Origin: a virus
Lineage: Duplodnaviria; Caudoviricetes
Length of the DNA stretch: 59,729 nucleotides
Reading direction: 5' to 3' (one strand)
IMG/VR virus record: IMGVR_UViG_3300042485_001429
Span: 1 to 59,729 of that record
Shown here: in pieces, positions 1-10,548 of the stretch
Layout of the letters: each line of letters opens with the position of its first letter
How positions within the stretch are numbered: the first letter of the stretch is position 1
Translations under genes and position numbers: made by a program
Notes under the pieces: model-generated
Told to the model about the DNA's origin: nothing
Seen by the model: only the letters and a program-made list of their open reading frames with translations
Databases searched by the model: none

Positions 1-108
1 AATTTAGTGGTAAAAATATTACAGTATGCTGGAATTTCAATTAGAGAAACAGAAGTTGTTTCAGCAGCTAAGTCAGAAGAGATACAAGACTCACAACAAA
101 AACAATAG
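1..108 (+). CDS. 3' end of a structural gene (head-tail connector/ring-like), truncated by window start
   Basis: Open frame NLVVKILQYAGISIRETEVVSAAKSEEIQDSQQKQ* ending at TAG 106-108, directly before the tail genes. Confidence 0.6.
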   Translation, partial: NLVVKILQYAGISIRETEVVSAAKSEEIQDSQQKQ

Positions 109-111
109 TAG

Positions 112-1020
112 ATGCCATATATAAATAATTACCAGTACTACAAAAATAACGGAGCTATTCCTGAAGATGAAAATTGGGGGTCGTATCAGTATGTTAGCCT
201 GTCTGACATTGTTAACAACTTCATGTTGATGTATGTGGGCAATGATAAACTTGTAAACAATGTTGATAGATACACCATTCTTTTTCATGCAAAAAGATCT
301 ATACAGGAGCTAAACTATGACGCATTAAGAAACATAAAGGTCTTAGAATTACAGCTTGGAACTGAGCTAAAGATGATCATGCCTCCAGACTATGTTAGCT
401 ATGTTAGAATGTCAATGTTAATTAACGGTGTTCTTATTCCATTGGTTGAGAACAGAACCGTCATGTCAGCTACGGCTTACCTACAGGACAATAACTTAGA
501 CATTGTATTTGACTCTAACGGAGAGATTGTAACGGGTACATCAAAGCTTGACATCCTTAGAGGAGACAACATGTTGTACACTGGTGGAGGAATATACAAT
601 AATCAGATGGGATACTGCTGTGATGGTCAATGGTACTTTAATTATAGCATTGGCTCAAGGTATGGCATGAACACTGAAGACGCAAACATGAACCCTAAGT
701 TCACAATCAATAAGGAGTCTGGGGTTATTGATTTTTCATCTGGAGTTGAGAATGCATTTATTGTTCTTGAGTATATTTCAGATGGCATGGAAAATGGTGA
801 CTCAACAAAAATTACTATAAATAAATTAGCAGAGGAGTACGTGTATAACTACTTAAAGTGGGCTGTATTAAATAACAAATATGGCGTACAGGAATACATA
901 GTAGCGAGAGCTAAAAAAGAAAAAAGTGCAACGTTAAGGAATACAAAAATTCGATTAAGTAATATGCACCCATCAAGATTGTTGATGAGTTTAGCTGGTA
1001 AAGATAAGTGGATTAAATAA
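112..1020 (+). CDS. Putative tail tubular/adaptor (ring) protein
   Basis: 302 aa; lies between the capsid region and the tail stabilisation gene, as in Bacteroidota podovirus/crAss-related gene order. Confidence 0.55.
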   Translation: MPYINNYQYYKNNGAIPEDENWGSYQYVSLSDIVNNFMLMYVGNDKLVNNVDRYTILFHAKRSIQELNYDALRNIKVLELQLGTELKMIMPPDYVSYVRMSMLINGVLIPLVENRTVMSATAYLQDNNLDIVFDSNGEIVTGTSKLDILRGDNMLYTGGGIYNNQMGYCCDGQWYFNYSIGSRYGMNTEDANMNPKFTINKESGVIDFSSGVENAFIVLEYISDGMENGDSTKITINKLAEEYVYNYLKWAVLNNKYGVQEYIVARAKKEKSATLRNTKIRLSNMHPSRLLMSLAGKDKWIK

Positions 1021-1022
1021 TT

Positions 1023-4000
1023 ATGGCGGAAACTAAAAATACATTTGTTGCTGGTAAAATGAACCAGGATGTTGACGAAAGGTTATTGCCTGATGGTCAA
1101 TATAGGTTTGCAAGTAATATTACAATAGAATCAACTGGTGGCTCAAATATGGGTGCCGTACAGAACGCAAGGGGGAATACATTTTTGTTTTCTCCAAGCG
1201 ATCTTCTTATGTCTATGAATATAAACATAACCAATCCGAAGACAATTGGTGCTGTAGCATACGAACCACTTGGCCTTATTTATTGGTTTATAAGTGCTGA
1301 CAATTTTGATGGTATATTTGAGTTTAATCAAAATACTGAAGTATCATCTTTGATTTTAGGTAGCACTACTGGTCAGTTGAATTTTGACTCAGCAGCACTG
1401 ATTACAGGTGTTAATTATTTATACTCAGACAGTGGCAGTTATTTGTTTTGGACGGATAATTTGAACCCGCCAAGAAGGATAAATATCTCTAGGGTTAGGG
1501 GATACTCGATTAACGATTCAAGAATAAATATTGACATTGATGTGGTATTAAGACCACCACTAAATAGTCCATCAATACTTTTGTCTGATAATGCTGATAC
1601 TATTGAATCAAATAACTTAGAAGAAAAATTTCTTTATTTTAGTTATAGGTATAAATATATTGATAATGAGTTTAGCTCAATGTCACCATTTTCTTCCGTA
1701 GCCTTTAATTCTAAAGGTCTTTCTTTTGACCCAACTACTGGTGACAATATTGGAATGTTAAATAAAAATAATATTGTTAATATTCAATTTGAAACTGGTA
1801 ATCAGTTTGTAAAAGAAATACAGATTTTAGCAAGAGACACAAGATCATTAAATGTAGTGATAATTGAGACTCTAAACAAGAGTGACTTGAATATCCAAGA
1901 CGATAGAACTAGTAAATTTGTTTTTAGAAATAATAAAATATATGCCACACTAACGTCTGATCAGGTAACGAGGTTATTTGACAATGTACCACTGAAGGCA
2001 CTAGCACAGGATATTGCAGGAAATAGATTGGTGTATGGCAACTACACTCAATTTAGAGACGTGAGTGATATAAACTACACTGTTGATTACACTAATCTAA
2101 GTGGTTTTGTAGCAAGCGTAGGTTTGCCTAAAAGAACCTTTAGAAGTGACCGTGACTACGAGGTTGGTATTGTTTATAGTGATGAATACGGAAGGCTTAC
2201 GACTGTGTTAACGCCTAGTACTGGAAACGCCTTAAATAATAGCACTAACTCAGTTTATATACCACCAATAAAATCAAGTACGCCAAACTCATTAATAACA
2301 AGAATAACAAATTTACCTCCAAGCTGGGCTACAAATTATAGGCTATACATAAAGCAATCAAAAAAAGATTACTACAACTTGTTCCCTATATCTTTTCAAG
2401 TAAAAGGTGAGTACAGATACATACAGATTTCAGAGTCCGATAGAGATAAAGTTTCTGTTGGTGAGTACATTATATTTAAAACGGCTAACACACAACCAAC
2501 TCATACAAACAGGAAGTTTAAGGTTCTTGAGGTTGAATTTAAGGCAGCTAATTCCATAAACACTAATTCGCCTGCTGGTCTATATTTAAAAATAAAGCCA
2601 GACGCTATAAGTGCAGCATCTTTTTTGGCAGCACCAATTATGACTACTCAGCAATCTGGAGTTTTGGCAACAATAGGACAATATAATGGTAATAGTGGTT
2701 GGTGTGCGTGGGATAGTGTATTTGGAATGAGGACTCGTACACCATATGCTTTATCTGCTAATAGTTTTGTACAAAGTAATTTACATGAAAATGGTCTTTT
2801 TTATGATACCGTTCACTATAGAGCAGGGTCTAATTATTTTACAGCAAATGAAAATGATGCAGCTATATTAACAATGCAAGCTACCGCTAATGGTAAAACA
2901 TTTAAAAGAGATTTAAGACTTAAAGTAAAAATAGTAAACGATCCAGCAAATCCTAATTCAAGCGATGCCACACATTTTTCTTTAAATTCAGATGTAAATG
3001 ATCTAAATAACTGGAGCTATCCAACATCAATAACTAGCGTTCAGCCTAACGGACTTAACGTAAATGCTAATGCTAGTGCATTTATGTCTTCACAAGCCGT
3101 ACCAGTAAGATTATATTTTCCAGCAACAAATAATTATACTTTGGGAGATGTATATGTATTTAATGTTAGAGCTAGATTAAATGAAGGTAGTAATATCCGT
3201 ATTCCTTCAGCAGCTGGTGATCCTGGATTACCATTTCAATCATTTACAGGTTCTGTTCAAACTACTGTATTAGATGATAGTTGGGATGATACAGACTATG
3301 AAGGAACTTGCATAGTTGGATTTAAGGGGCCTATATATACTGGAGCTATAATAAAGATAACGTTAAAAGATTTTGAGGGGGATAGTAGTTCTACTGTTAG
3401 TCAGACACTTATTACAACAACAGTTCCATCATCAAGAATGTACCCATCATTTGAAGAGTATTGGTACGAGGAATTTATATTTTTAGAAAGTAATGATCTT
3501 GGTGTACCTGGTTATTCTAACAACAATGCTGCATTTAGGTATTGTCAGTCTTTTTCTACTTATGGTGCAATACCTACACCAGGGCAGGCTGTTGCTTTAG
3601 GTACTGCTGAGACAACATTAAATGGTATTCAAAATAACTATTATTCTACATTGTTTTATCCTGCTAACGCTGAAACAGATGGATATTGTCGTAGATCAAA
3701 GTATACAGCTGAAGCTTCTTTAACACAAGCTCAATCCCCAAGTTATATAGTTGAGACAGTACCACTTGATGTTGAAACTCCTATATTCCATGAGACAATG
3801 AGGACATATCCTATAGTTGGAGGGTTTCATAAGGTTGGCTGGCAGTACTCGTCAAATACTGAGCCAAGTCCTTTACAATATGTGCTTCAATCGAGTTATT
3901 TTCACTATTTTCAAGTTGGTCAATCAATAATTATTAACTCAATACCTGGGACTGTAACTAATGTATTTAATGGAAACGTAATACAAGTTTTAATGCTTTC

Positions 4001-5081
4001 CGCTATACCTGCTGGTGCAGGAACAGTCTTAATGGAAGGAGAGGTAGATCAATCAAGCTCATCAGCTGCAAGTGTAATATTAAATAACATATCTGAAAAT
4101 ACTGACTTTAATGCGTTCTGTTATGGTAATGGACTAGAGTCATATAGAATTAGAGATTCATTTAATAACTCAACAATGAAGTACAGCATAAGAGCAAGTA
4201 CTGTTATTGAAGATTATGAGCAAGAAGATAAGTTTGCGTCATTAACCTACAGCGGAATTTTTCGTGGTGACTCATCGATAAATAGGTTCAATGAATTTAA
4301 TTTATCTCTAGCTAATTTCAAGAATCTTGACAAAGAATATGGATCTGTACAAAAAATATACACTAGAGACTCTGATTTATTGGTATTACATCAAGACAAA
4401 ATAACGTCTGTTTTATTTGGTAAAAACTTATTAGTAGATGCTTTAGGTGGTGGTCAGGTCGCATCAATCCCAGAGGTTCTTGGGAATCAGGTTCCATATC
4501 CATTAGACAATGGTATCAGTAACGACCCATCAAGCTTTGCAGTTAATTCAAGTAATTTGTATTTTACAGATGCAAAAAGAGGAGTTGTTTTAGAGATGAT
4601 GAGTGGGCAGAATATTATTGAAATTTCATCAAACGGGATGAAAAATGCATTTAGAGATATTCTTACTGGAAATCTAAACAAACAAAAAATAGGTGCATAC
4701 GATCCTTACCATAAGATGTATACGCTGACTACAAATGGTGAGTCTAATGAGCCATGCTATTTGAATATAAGTAGCCTTTCAACAAATCTTGCATGGGATG
4801 GATTTCAACAATATAACATTGAATTATTTGACATTAGTTCAAATAGCGAATGGATCATAGAGTTAATTGATACGGGTCACGGTACTGACTGGTTAACACT
4901 TAATTTTTATAGTGGTACTGGTAATTCTAGTATAATGGGTAATGTAACAATAATAGCAGGTGTTTTACCAAGGAATATGACAGTAAGAGTTAGTTATTGT
5001 GGATTTATTGTTAATCATACCGTTACCCAAACTAAATTAACCCCAATTGAAGACACTTCAATTATAATTAGACCAAAATAA
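1023..5081 (+). CDS. Tail stabilisation/nozzle protein (P22 gp10-like), N-terminal part
   Basis: 1352 aa; N-term TFVAGKMNQDVDER, LFWTDNLNPPRRIN, GNRLVYGNY, YFTDAKRGVVL, GAYDPY motifs typical of this family. Confidence 0.7.
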   Translation: MAETKNTFVAGKMNQDVDERLLPDGQYRFASNITIESTGGSNMGAVQNARGNTFLFSPSDLLMSMNINITNPKTIGAVAYEPLGLIYWFISADNFDGIFEFNQNTEVSSLILGSTTGQLNFDSAALITGVNYLYSDSGSYLFWTDNLNPPRRINISRVRGYSINDSRINIDIDVVLRPPLNSPSILLSDNADTIESNNLEEKFLYFSYRYKYIDNEFSSMSPFSSVAFNSKGLSFDPTTGDNIGMLNKNNIVNIQFETGNQFVKEIQILARDTRSLNVVIIETLNKSDLNIQDDRTSKFVFRNNKIYATLTSDQVTRLFDNVPLKALAQDIAGNRLVYGNYTQFRDVSDINYTVDYTNLSGFVASVGLPKRTFRSDRDYEVGIVYSDEYGRLTTVLTPSTGNALNNSTNSVYIPPIKSSTPNSLITRITNLPPSWATNYRLYIKQSKKDYYNLFPISFQVKGEYRYIQISESDRDKVSVGEYIIFKTANTQPTHTNRKFKVLEVEFKAANSINTNSPAGLYLKIKPDAISAASFLAAPIMTTQQSGVLATIGQYNGNSGWCAWDSVFGMRTRTPYALSANSFVQSNLHENGLFYDTVHYRAGSNYFTANENDAAILTMQATANGKTFKRDLRLKVKIVNDPANPNSSDATHFSLNSDVNDLNNWSYPTSITSVQPNGLNVNANASAFMSSQAVPVRLYFPATNNYTLGDVYVFNVRARLNEGSNIRIPSAAGDPGLPFQSFTGSVQTTVLDDSWDDTDYEGTCIVGFKGPIYTGAIIKITLKDFEGDSSSTVSQTLITTTVPSSRMYPSFEEYWYEEFIFLESNDLGVPGYSNNNAAFRYCQSFSTYGAIPTPGQAVALGTAETTLNGIQNNYYSTLFYPANAETDGYCRRSKYTAEASLTQAQSPSYIVETVPLDVETPIFHETMRTYPIVGGFHKVGWQYSSNTEPSPLQYVLQSSYFHYFQVGQSIIINSIPGTVTNVFNGNVIQVLMLSAIPAGAGTVLMEGEVDQSSSSAASVILNNISENTDFNAFCYGNGLESYRIRDSFNNSTMKYSIRASTVIEDYEQEDKFASLTYSGIFRGDSSINRFNEFNLSLANFKNLDKEYGSVQKIYTRDSDLLVLHQDKITSVLFGKNLLVDALGGGQVASIPEVLGNQVPYPLDNGISNDPSSFAVNSSNLYFTDAKRGVVLEMMSGQNIIEISSNGMKNAFRDILTGNLNKQKIGAYDPYHKMYTLTTNGESNEPCYLNISSLSTNLAWDGFQQYNIELFDISSNSEWIIELIDTGHGTDWLTLNFYSGTGNSSIMGNVTIIAGVLPRNMTVRVSYCGFIVNHTVTQTKLTPIEDTSIIIRPK

Positions 5082-5087
5082 TATAGA

Positions 5088-7712
5088 ATGGAAACACTAA
5101 ACCAATCAATTGAACTTTCAGGACAGCCAACAAAAGAGATAGACAATGTAATTTCTACAGATTCAAGTATTGCATTATTTGATTCTTATACTGGACAAAA
5201 AATTGTTGATCTAGCACCGTCTAACGGGCAGGTAGTTACAATTAAAAGCGGTGGAACAGGGACAACAAAAGAGTTGGCCCCTTCATTAAATAATAAGCTT
5301 TATTACCTTGTTTCAGACATAAAGTATGATGCTTCTCAAACAGATGAGATAATATCTTTAGCTACTGAAATACCTGTTGTTTTAACTAGTGGAATTTTTA
5401 TTGGTGAGTTTACATTTTTAAATCCAAATAACTATGAAAATGCATATTTTTTATGGGACTATTCAGATAAAATATTAAACTCTGCGTCATACATTGGAAT
5501 GACTAGCAATAGGTCCATGTTAATTAGTTTTAATAATAATGCTGGTAGATGTGGTATTGATTATAAGGTAGCATCTAAACCAACTAGATTTCAGTTTATA
5601 GTAGACGGAGAGATTCAAGAAGACACTGGTTATGTAGGACTAAATACACTACAAAATTATGATGACTTAATTGCTGCTGGTGTATTACCTAGTGAGATAT
5701 CTCTTTCATCACCATACAATGGTTTGGTAAATAATGGAACGGGAAAGATAATTACTGTAAAAAATATAGGAGCTCTAGATGCTTCTGTAGTTGTATCATC
5801 ACCATTTAGTACGTCATCATGGACAATAAAAAAAATAAATCCATACACAACATCTTTTAGCATAAATCCAACGAAAGACAACACACCTTGTGGCAAGTCT
5901 ACAACTAATACTTATCTTCATAATGGAGCAAATCTGACACCAGTTATTGGAGACATTATCTATTCTATAAGTAATGTTGCATTTATTGGAGAGAGCTTAA
6001 ACTACTATATTGGAAATAGTATATTTATAAATATAGATAATGACGGTGTAGTTACAAATATAGACGACTGTTATTCAGATGGGCCATTTGCAGTTCCGTA
6101 TATATATGAAGGTGATATTGTTTTTTCTAATAATGAAGTTATTAAAAGACCAGTTAACGCAATAGGAAATCCAACATCTTGGACTTTAGTTTCAAGCAGT
6201 CCAGTTTCACAATCAATATATTCTAATGGAGTCTGGAATATAGATGAAAATACAGCAAAGGGGCAATATGTAATAACAATCAATGCAACCAATTCTTTTG
6301 GTACAAGTCCAAACAAGACTATTAATGTAAGCGTTCCTGATTTAGCGGTCACTAGACCAGTAGAGATGGATATAAAAGATATTCACTACGATACTACTGG
6401 AATATGCAGTTCTTCTGGAAAAGTTATTACTACCATGTTTTTTTCGGGGCCAGATCAATTTCAACAATTACCAAGCAAGGGAAGTTTTATTTATCACGAT
6501 AGTGAAGGATTAACACCATTTAATGGTGGAGGTTTTTGGTACCATCAAGCAGAGGTAGCATTAAAGATAAGTGCTATTGGATCGGTAATAGATACGCATA
6601 ATTGTGGTGGAACTACGACTACTACGACTACAACGACTACTTTACCAGCAGGTACTTATTACAATGCTAGGTCATGTATTGACCCATCTGTAGAGATCAC
6701 TCTATTAGACACACTAAGCCAGGGTATAGTCGTTGGAAATGTAGTTAAGACGGCTGTTGACTTAAATTGTTGGACCATACTTTCTGTTATATCTGGTGTT
6801 TATCCATATAAATTAATCGTAAGTTCTGCTGTAAAGTATGTAAGCTGTAGTGCGTGTACTACTATTAGCACTACTACAACTACTACTACAACAACAACTG
6901 CACCGACATTTACATCTTTTTCATTAGCTCCAAATACACTATCAAGTAGTGCTTATAGTAGCTGTGTCTTTGCATCTCCAACATACATCACTCATTATCA
7001 TAACGGAACGGCAACGCTTCCAATAGTTGGTGATTTTGTGTATACAAACAACACTGGAACTACAGCATTTGATGGTCAGTTTAAGTGGTACATAATGTTG
7101 AATGTTGTAAAGTTTGCTGTAAATATATCAAACACTGGTCAGGTAATAAATGTTATTGCGTGCTCAACAGCTACAACTACTACTACAACTACAACTATAC
7201 CATTAAGAAAGTGTTTAGCCACAAGGTGTGATAATGGAGCAATAAGTAAAATACTATCATACACTAATATAAACACTTTGCCTGTAGGCACAGTATTGAA
7301 TGATCAGTTTGGATTCTGCTATACAATAACAAATGCAACGGCTGTTGGTACAGCATATTCTGGCGTTAATTTTCTGTATAATAAATGCTCCGACTGCTTG
7401 TCTAGGACAACTACAACAAGTACTAGCACAACCACAACTACAACAAGTACTAGCACTACTACGACTACAACAACTGCTCCACCAGTATTTAAGGGTGTTC
7501 TTGCATTTGTTGATATAAAAGACAGTGGGTGTTTGATTGGTGTATTTGGTGACTACTACAGCAACGGTCCAATATTTGTTAACCCATATATCTTATATAC
7601 TGACGAAGCTAAAACTATAGTAGCTCCTGCTGGTAAGTATAGATACTTGATCAATAAGCAGGGTGCTGAATGGAATGGTAGTTCTTGGGTTAATCCATTT
7701 TCTTGCGTATGA
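5088..7712 (+). CDS. Virion/tail-associated protein with repeated Cys-containing modules and poly-Thr linkers
   Basis: 874 aa; repeated YHNG..LP..GD.Y...G...F.G modules and four Thr tracts. Confidence 0.6.
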   Translation: METLNQSIELSGQPTKEIDNVISTDSSIALFDSYTGQKIVDLAPSNGQVVTIKSGGTGTTKELAPSLNNKLYYLVSDIKYDASQTDEIISLATEIPVVLTSGIFIGEFTFLNPNNYENAYFLWDYSDKILNSASYIGMTSNRSMLISFNNNAGRCGIDYKVASKPTRFQFIVDGEIQEDTGYVGLNTLQNYDDLIAAGVLPSEISLSSPYNGLVNNGTGKIITVKNIGALDASVVVSSPFSTSSWTIKKINPYTTSFSINPTKDNTPCGKSTTNTYLHNGANLTPVIGDIIYSISNVAFIGESLNYYIGNSIFINIDNDGVVTNIDDCYSDGPFAVPYIYEGDIVFSNNEVIKRPVNAIGNPTSWTLVSSSPVSQSIYSNGVWNIDENTAKGQYVITINATNSFGTSPNKTINVSVPDLAVTRPVEMDIKDIHYDTTGICSSSGKVITTMFFSGPDQFQQLPSKGSFIYHDSEGLTPFNGGGFWYHQAEVALKISAIGSVIDTHNCGGTTTTTTTTTTLPAGTYYNARSCIDPSVEITLLDTLSQGIVVGNVVKTAVDLNCWTILSVISGVYPYKLIVSSAVKYVSCSACTTISTTTTTTTTTTAPTFTSFSLAPNTLSSSAYSSCVFASPTYITHYHNGTATLPIVGDFVYTNNTGTTAFDGQFKWYIMLNVVKFAVNISNTGQVINVIACSTATTTTTTTTIPLRKCLATRCDNGAISKILSYTNINTLPVGTVLNDQFGFCYTITNATAVGTAYSGVNFLYNKCSDCLSRTTTTSTSTTTTTTSTSTTTTTTTAPPVFKGVLAFVDIKDSGCLIGVFGDYYSNGPIFVNPYILYTDEAKTIVAPAGKYRYLINKQGAEWNGSSWVNPFSCV
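6612..7475 (+). repeat. Four ACN-codon poly-Thr/Ser tracts (about 6612-6641, 6859-6899, 7173-7196, 7407-7475)
   Basis: Imperfect (ACW)n arrays in frame; acaactacaacaagtactagcac occurs twice in the last tract. Confidence 0.85.
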
Positions 7713-8629
7713 TGAACTTGAGAATGATTTCAGCACAGCCAGCTATTGATTACTATACTTGGCAGGTTGAGGTTTACCTTACAAACTTTATTTCTCTTGG
7801 ATACAATGGAAATAATATTGATGTTGTTGCAGGTTACGAGGGTTCTGTTCCAGATTCATGGAGAAAATTACAGCAAAAATTTCCATATGTAAGGTTCTTC
7901 TTTTACGAAGACACGATGGGGGAATGCAGATACTTACCAGCAATTCAGGCACACCTATTAAAAAAACATTTTAAGGAGCACCCATACCTAAGTGAAGAGG
8001 CTATATTCTTTCATGATGCTGACTTTGTATTTACAAGGTACATGGACTTCTCAAAGTTTTTAAACGATGACAAATGGTACTTCTCAGACACTATTTCATA
8101 CATCGGCTACGATTATATAATGAGCAAGGGAGAAGAGGTCTTAGACGCAATGTGTGACATTATAGGAATAGACAAGTCGGTAGTTAAGGACAATCAATTA
8201 AACAGTGGTGGAGCACAGAAGTTATTTAAAAATATTGACTACAAGTACTGGGAAATGGTAGAGGAATACTCAAATAAACTACACGACAAGCTATCAAACA
8301 TGCAGCACGTAAAGAAAAATGAAGACCCATATGGGATCCAGTCTTGGACGGCAAGCATGTGGGCAGAGCTATGGACTGGTTGGAAGCTAGGTCATCAGGT
8401 TGTTGTTCCGCCAGAGTTTGATTTTTGTTGGGCTACATGTCCATCATCTAGGTGGGAAGAGGTTTATTTCTTCCACAATGCTGGTGTACCATCATCCAAT
8501 CAGGGCATGTTTTATAAGGCTCAGTACATGGACAAGCTTCCGTTTAATGAGGGGTTAGAGCTGTCTGATTCTAGGTGCTCTTACATGTACTACAATATTA
8601 TTGAGTCTGTCGATAGTTGTTTGATTTAA
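7709..8629 (+). CDS. Putative GT-A glycosyltransferase (resembles peptidyl-Ser/Hyp O-glycosyltransferases)
   Basis: DxD motif FFHDADFVF, GGAQ, WTASMWA, FHNAG; ATGA overlap with the upstream stop. Confidence 0.6.
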   Translation: MMNLRMISAQPAIDYYTWQVEVYLTNFISLGYNGNNIDVVAGYEGSVPDSWRKLQQKFPYVRFFFYEDTMGECRYLPAIQAHLLKKHFKEHPYLSEEAIFFHDADFVFTRYMDFSKFLNDDKWYFSDTISYIGYDYIMSKGEEVLDAMCDIIGIDKSVVKDNQLNSGGAQKLFKNIDYKYWEMVEEYSNKLHDKLSNMQHVKKNEDPYGIQSWTASMWAELWTGWKLGHQVVVPPEFDFCWATCPSSRWEEVYFFHNAGVPSSNQGMFYKAQYMDKLPFNEGLELSDSRCSYMYYNIIESVDSCLI

Positions 8630-8635
8630 TTTTCG

Positions 8636-8643
8636 TAAATTTG
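8636..8643 (+). promoter_or_regulatory. Bacteroidota primary-sigma -7 element
   Basis: TAAATTTG matches TAnnTTTG; intergenic, ATG at 8648. Confidence 0.6.
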
Positions 8644-8647
8644 CTGT

Positions 8648-9364
8648 ATGCCGTCAAGCACAATAACATATTCTGACAACACTAGTGGTTGGACATCTTT
8701 TTGGAATTACTATCCAGACTGGATGATTGGGTTAAGCAATGTATTTTATAGCTGGAAGGATGGAAGCCTATATCAACACAACCTGACTGACACTCGGTGT
8801 GTTTTTTATGGTACACAGGTGTCATCAATTGTAAAGACAATATTTAATGAGGACCCATTTACCACTAAAATGTTTAAGTCAGTAAGCTTAGATTCAACAA
8901 GTCCATGGACGGCAACACTTAATACTGATTTAGATAGTGGATCAATTGACTCTACTGAATATGTTGAAAAGGAGGGGACATGGTTTGGTTACGCAAGAGC
9001 TTCAAGTAGTACTTCAAATAGTTTAAATTTATTGTCCACTCAAGGTGTTGGCTCTATATCAACAGTGTCAGGTGCTACAGCTACATTTGGATTTAATATA
9101 ACTACAAGATTGGGTGTTGGAGACAGGGTGTATGTAAACAATTCAGTTATTGGAACCATTGTTAGTGCTACTGCAACAACAATAACAATAACTGGAGGTG
9201 TATTTACGGGTCTTGCTGGAGGTTATGTTAGGATTGAAAAAAATTCAATCGCTGAGTCTTATGGACTACGTGGATATTATATGGACATTGAGCTTGAAAT
9301 AACTTCACAAAGTGAAGTAGAATTATTTTCAATATCTAGTTCTTTATTTAAAAGTTATATGTAA
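8648..9364 (+). CDS. Tail stabilisation protein C-terminal module encoded as a separate gene
   Basis: TITYSD..SGWTSFWNYYPDWM, KMFKSVSL, EKEGTWF, GLRGYY motifs. Confidence 0.6.
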   Translation: MPSSTITYSDNTSGWTSFWNYYPDWMIGLSNVFYSWKDGSLYQHNLTDTRCVFYGTQVSSIVKTIFNEDPFTTKMFKSVSLDSTSPWTATLNTDLDSGSIDSTEYVEKEGTWFGYARASSSTSNSLNLLSTQGVGSISTVSGATATFGFNITTRLGVGDRVYVNNSVIGTIVSATATTITITGGVFTGLAGGYVRIEKNSIAESYGLRGYYMDIELEITSQSEVELFSISSSLFKSYM

Positions 9365-9765
9365 TGGAATTTAGAATGTTAAATGAATCAGACTATGACA
9401 CATTTTGTTCATGGTGGAAGGCCTGGAGGTGGACACCTCCTTCTGTAGATTCTTTACCTGAAAATGGTTTAGGTGGGGTGATGGTGTCAAGCAATGGCGT
9501 TGAAGTTTGTGGGGGATTTGTTTACCTAACAAACTCAAAGACAGCTTGGATTGAATTTATAGTATCAGACTTTAACTACAGAGAGAAAGACAGACAGGAG
9601 GCTATACTATACCTGATAAACATATTGATAGAATTGGTTAAAGATTCTGGAGACTACAAGTACATATACACATCATTAAAGAATGAAAGCCTTATAAATA
9701 CATACGCAAGTTGTGGATTTGTAAAGGGCAGTGCTAGGTGCACAGAAATGATTAAGACATTATAG
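9364..9765 (+). CDS. GNAT-like protein preceding the ejection genes
   Basis: 133 aa; GFVYLTNSKTAWIEFIVS and TYASCGF; position equivalent to podovirus internal virion protein A. Confidence 0.5.
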   Translation: MEFRMLNESDYDTFCSWWKAWRWTPPSVDSLPENGLGGVMVSSNGVEVCGGFVYLTNSKTAWIEFIVSDFNYREKDRQEAILYLINILIELVKDSGDYKYIYTSLKNESLINTYASCGFVKGSARCTEMIKTL

Positions 9766-9777
9766 GATTTTTTTTAG

Positions 9778-9785
9778 TAACTTTG
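9778..9785 (+). promoter_or_regulatory. Bacteroidota -7 promoter element
   Basis: Intergenic TAACTTTG upstream of 9797. Confidence 0.6.
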
Positions 9786-9796
9786 AATAAAAAAAA

Positions 9797-10540
9797 ATGG
9801 CAGCAGTAACAGGAGCAGCAATAGCAGTCGCAGGACTTGGAATGAGTGCAGCACAGGCTATTAAGTCAAGCAAGGACATGAAGACGGCAGCTAATGCAGC
9901 TCAAGCAGCTAAGAATGATTTAGCAAAAATAAGCGAAACAAACGCATTTAAGCAGGTTCAAGTTCCAACACTTGGCCTTAATTTAGCACAACAATCTCAG
10001 GCACAAAGAAGTGCATCAGCATTGTCAGCAGTACAAAGTGCTGGTGCTGAAGGGGTTATTGGTGGAGTTGGACAGATCATGCAAGCAGGAAACGAGCAAG
10101 ACTTACAGTTAGCAGCACAGGCTGACGAGGCAAAATTCAGAAGAGATGCCATGCAGGCAGAGGCTCAGATGGGTATAAATGCTAGAAAGCAAGAGAGAGA
10201 GTTTCTGATTGGTTCAAATGAATTACAATCAGAAAACATGAAAAGAGCATACGCAGAGGAAAATAGAAATGCTGCGATAACGGGAATGTTTGGATTAGCA
10301 GGAGATGCTATTACATCTGGAGCTGATTCCAAATTATTTGGTGGAGAGCAATCATTCTTTGGAAAAACTAAAAAAAGTACAGTCCCTAATGCAACAGCTA
10401 CAAATGTTAATGTAACCCCTACAGCTACAGGTAAGTATGCAGATATGGTTGCAGCTCTAAGTCCATATCTAAAATCATTAGAGGAGGCTAACTCTTTAAA
10501 AGAACAGTTTTCTAAAGGATATTTTAATTATAAAAGATAA
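9797..10540 (+). CDS. Internal virion/ejection protein (small)
   Basis: Ala/Gly/Gln-rich helical protein with hydrophobic N-terminus; T7 gp14-like position. Confidence 0.6.
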   Translation: MAAVTGAAIAVAGLGMSAAQAIKSSKDMKTAANAAQAAKNDLAKISETNAFKQVQVPTLGLNLAQQSQAQRSASALSAVQSAGAEGVIGGVGQIMQAGNEQDLQLAAQADEAKFRRDAMQAEAQMGINARKQEREFLIGSNELQSENMKRAYAEENRNAAITGMFGLAGDAITSGADSKLFGGEQSFFGKTKKSTVPNATATNVNVTPTATGKYADMVAALSPYLKSLEEANSLKEQFSKGYFNYKR

Positions 10541-10548
10541 AGGAAACT

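Noticed and set aside
7333-7518. Alternative-frame ORF rich in L/Q
   Set aside because: Frame-shifted reading of the poly-Thr codons; no independent coding features
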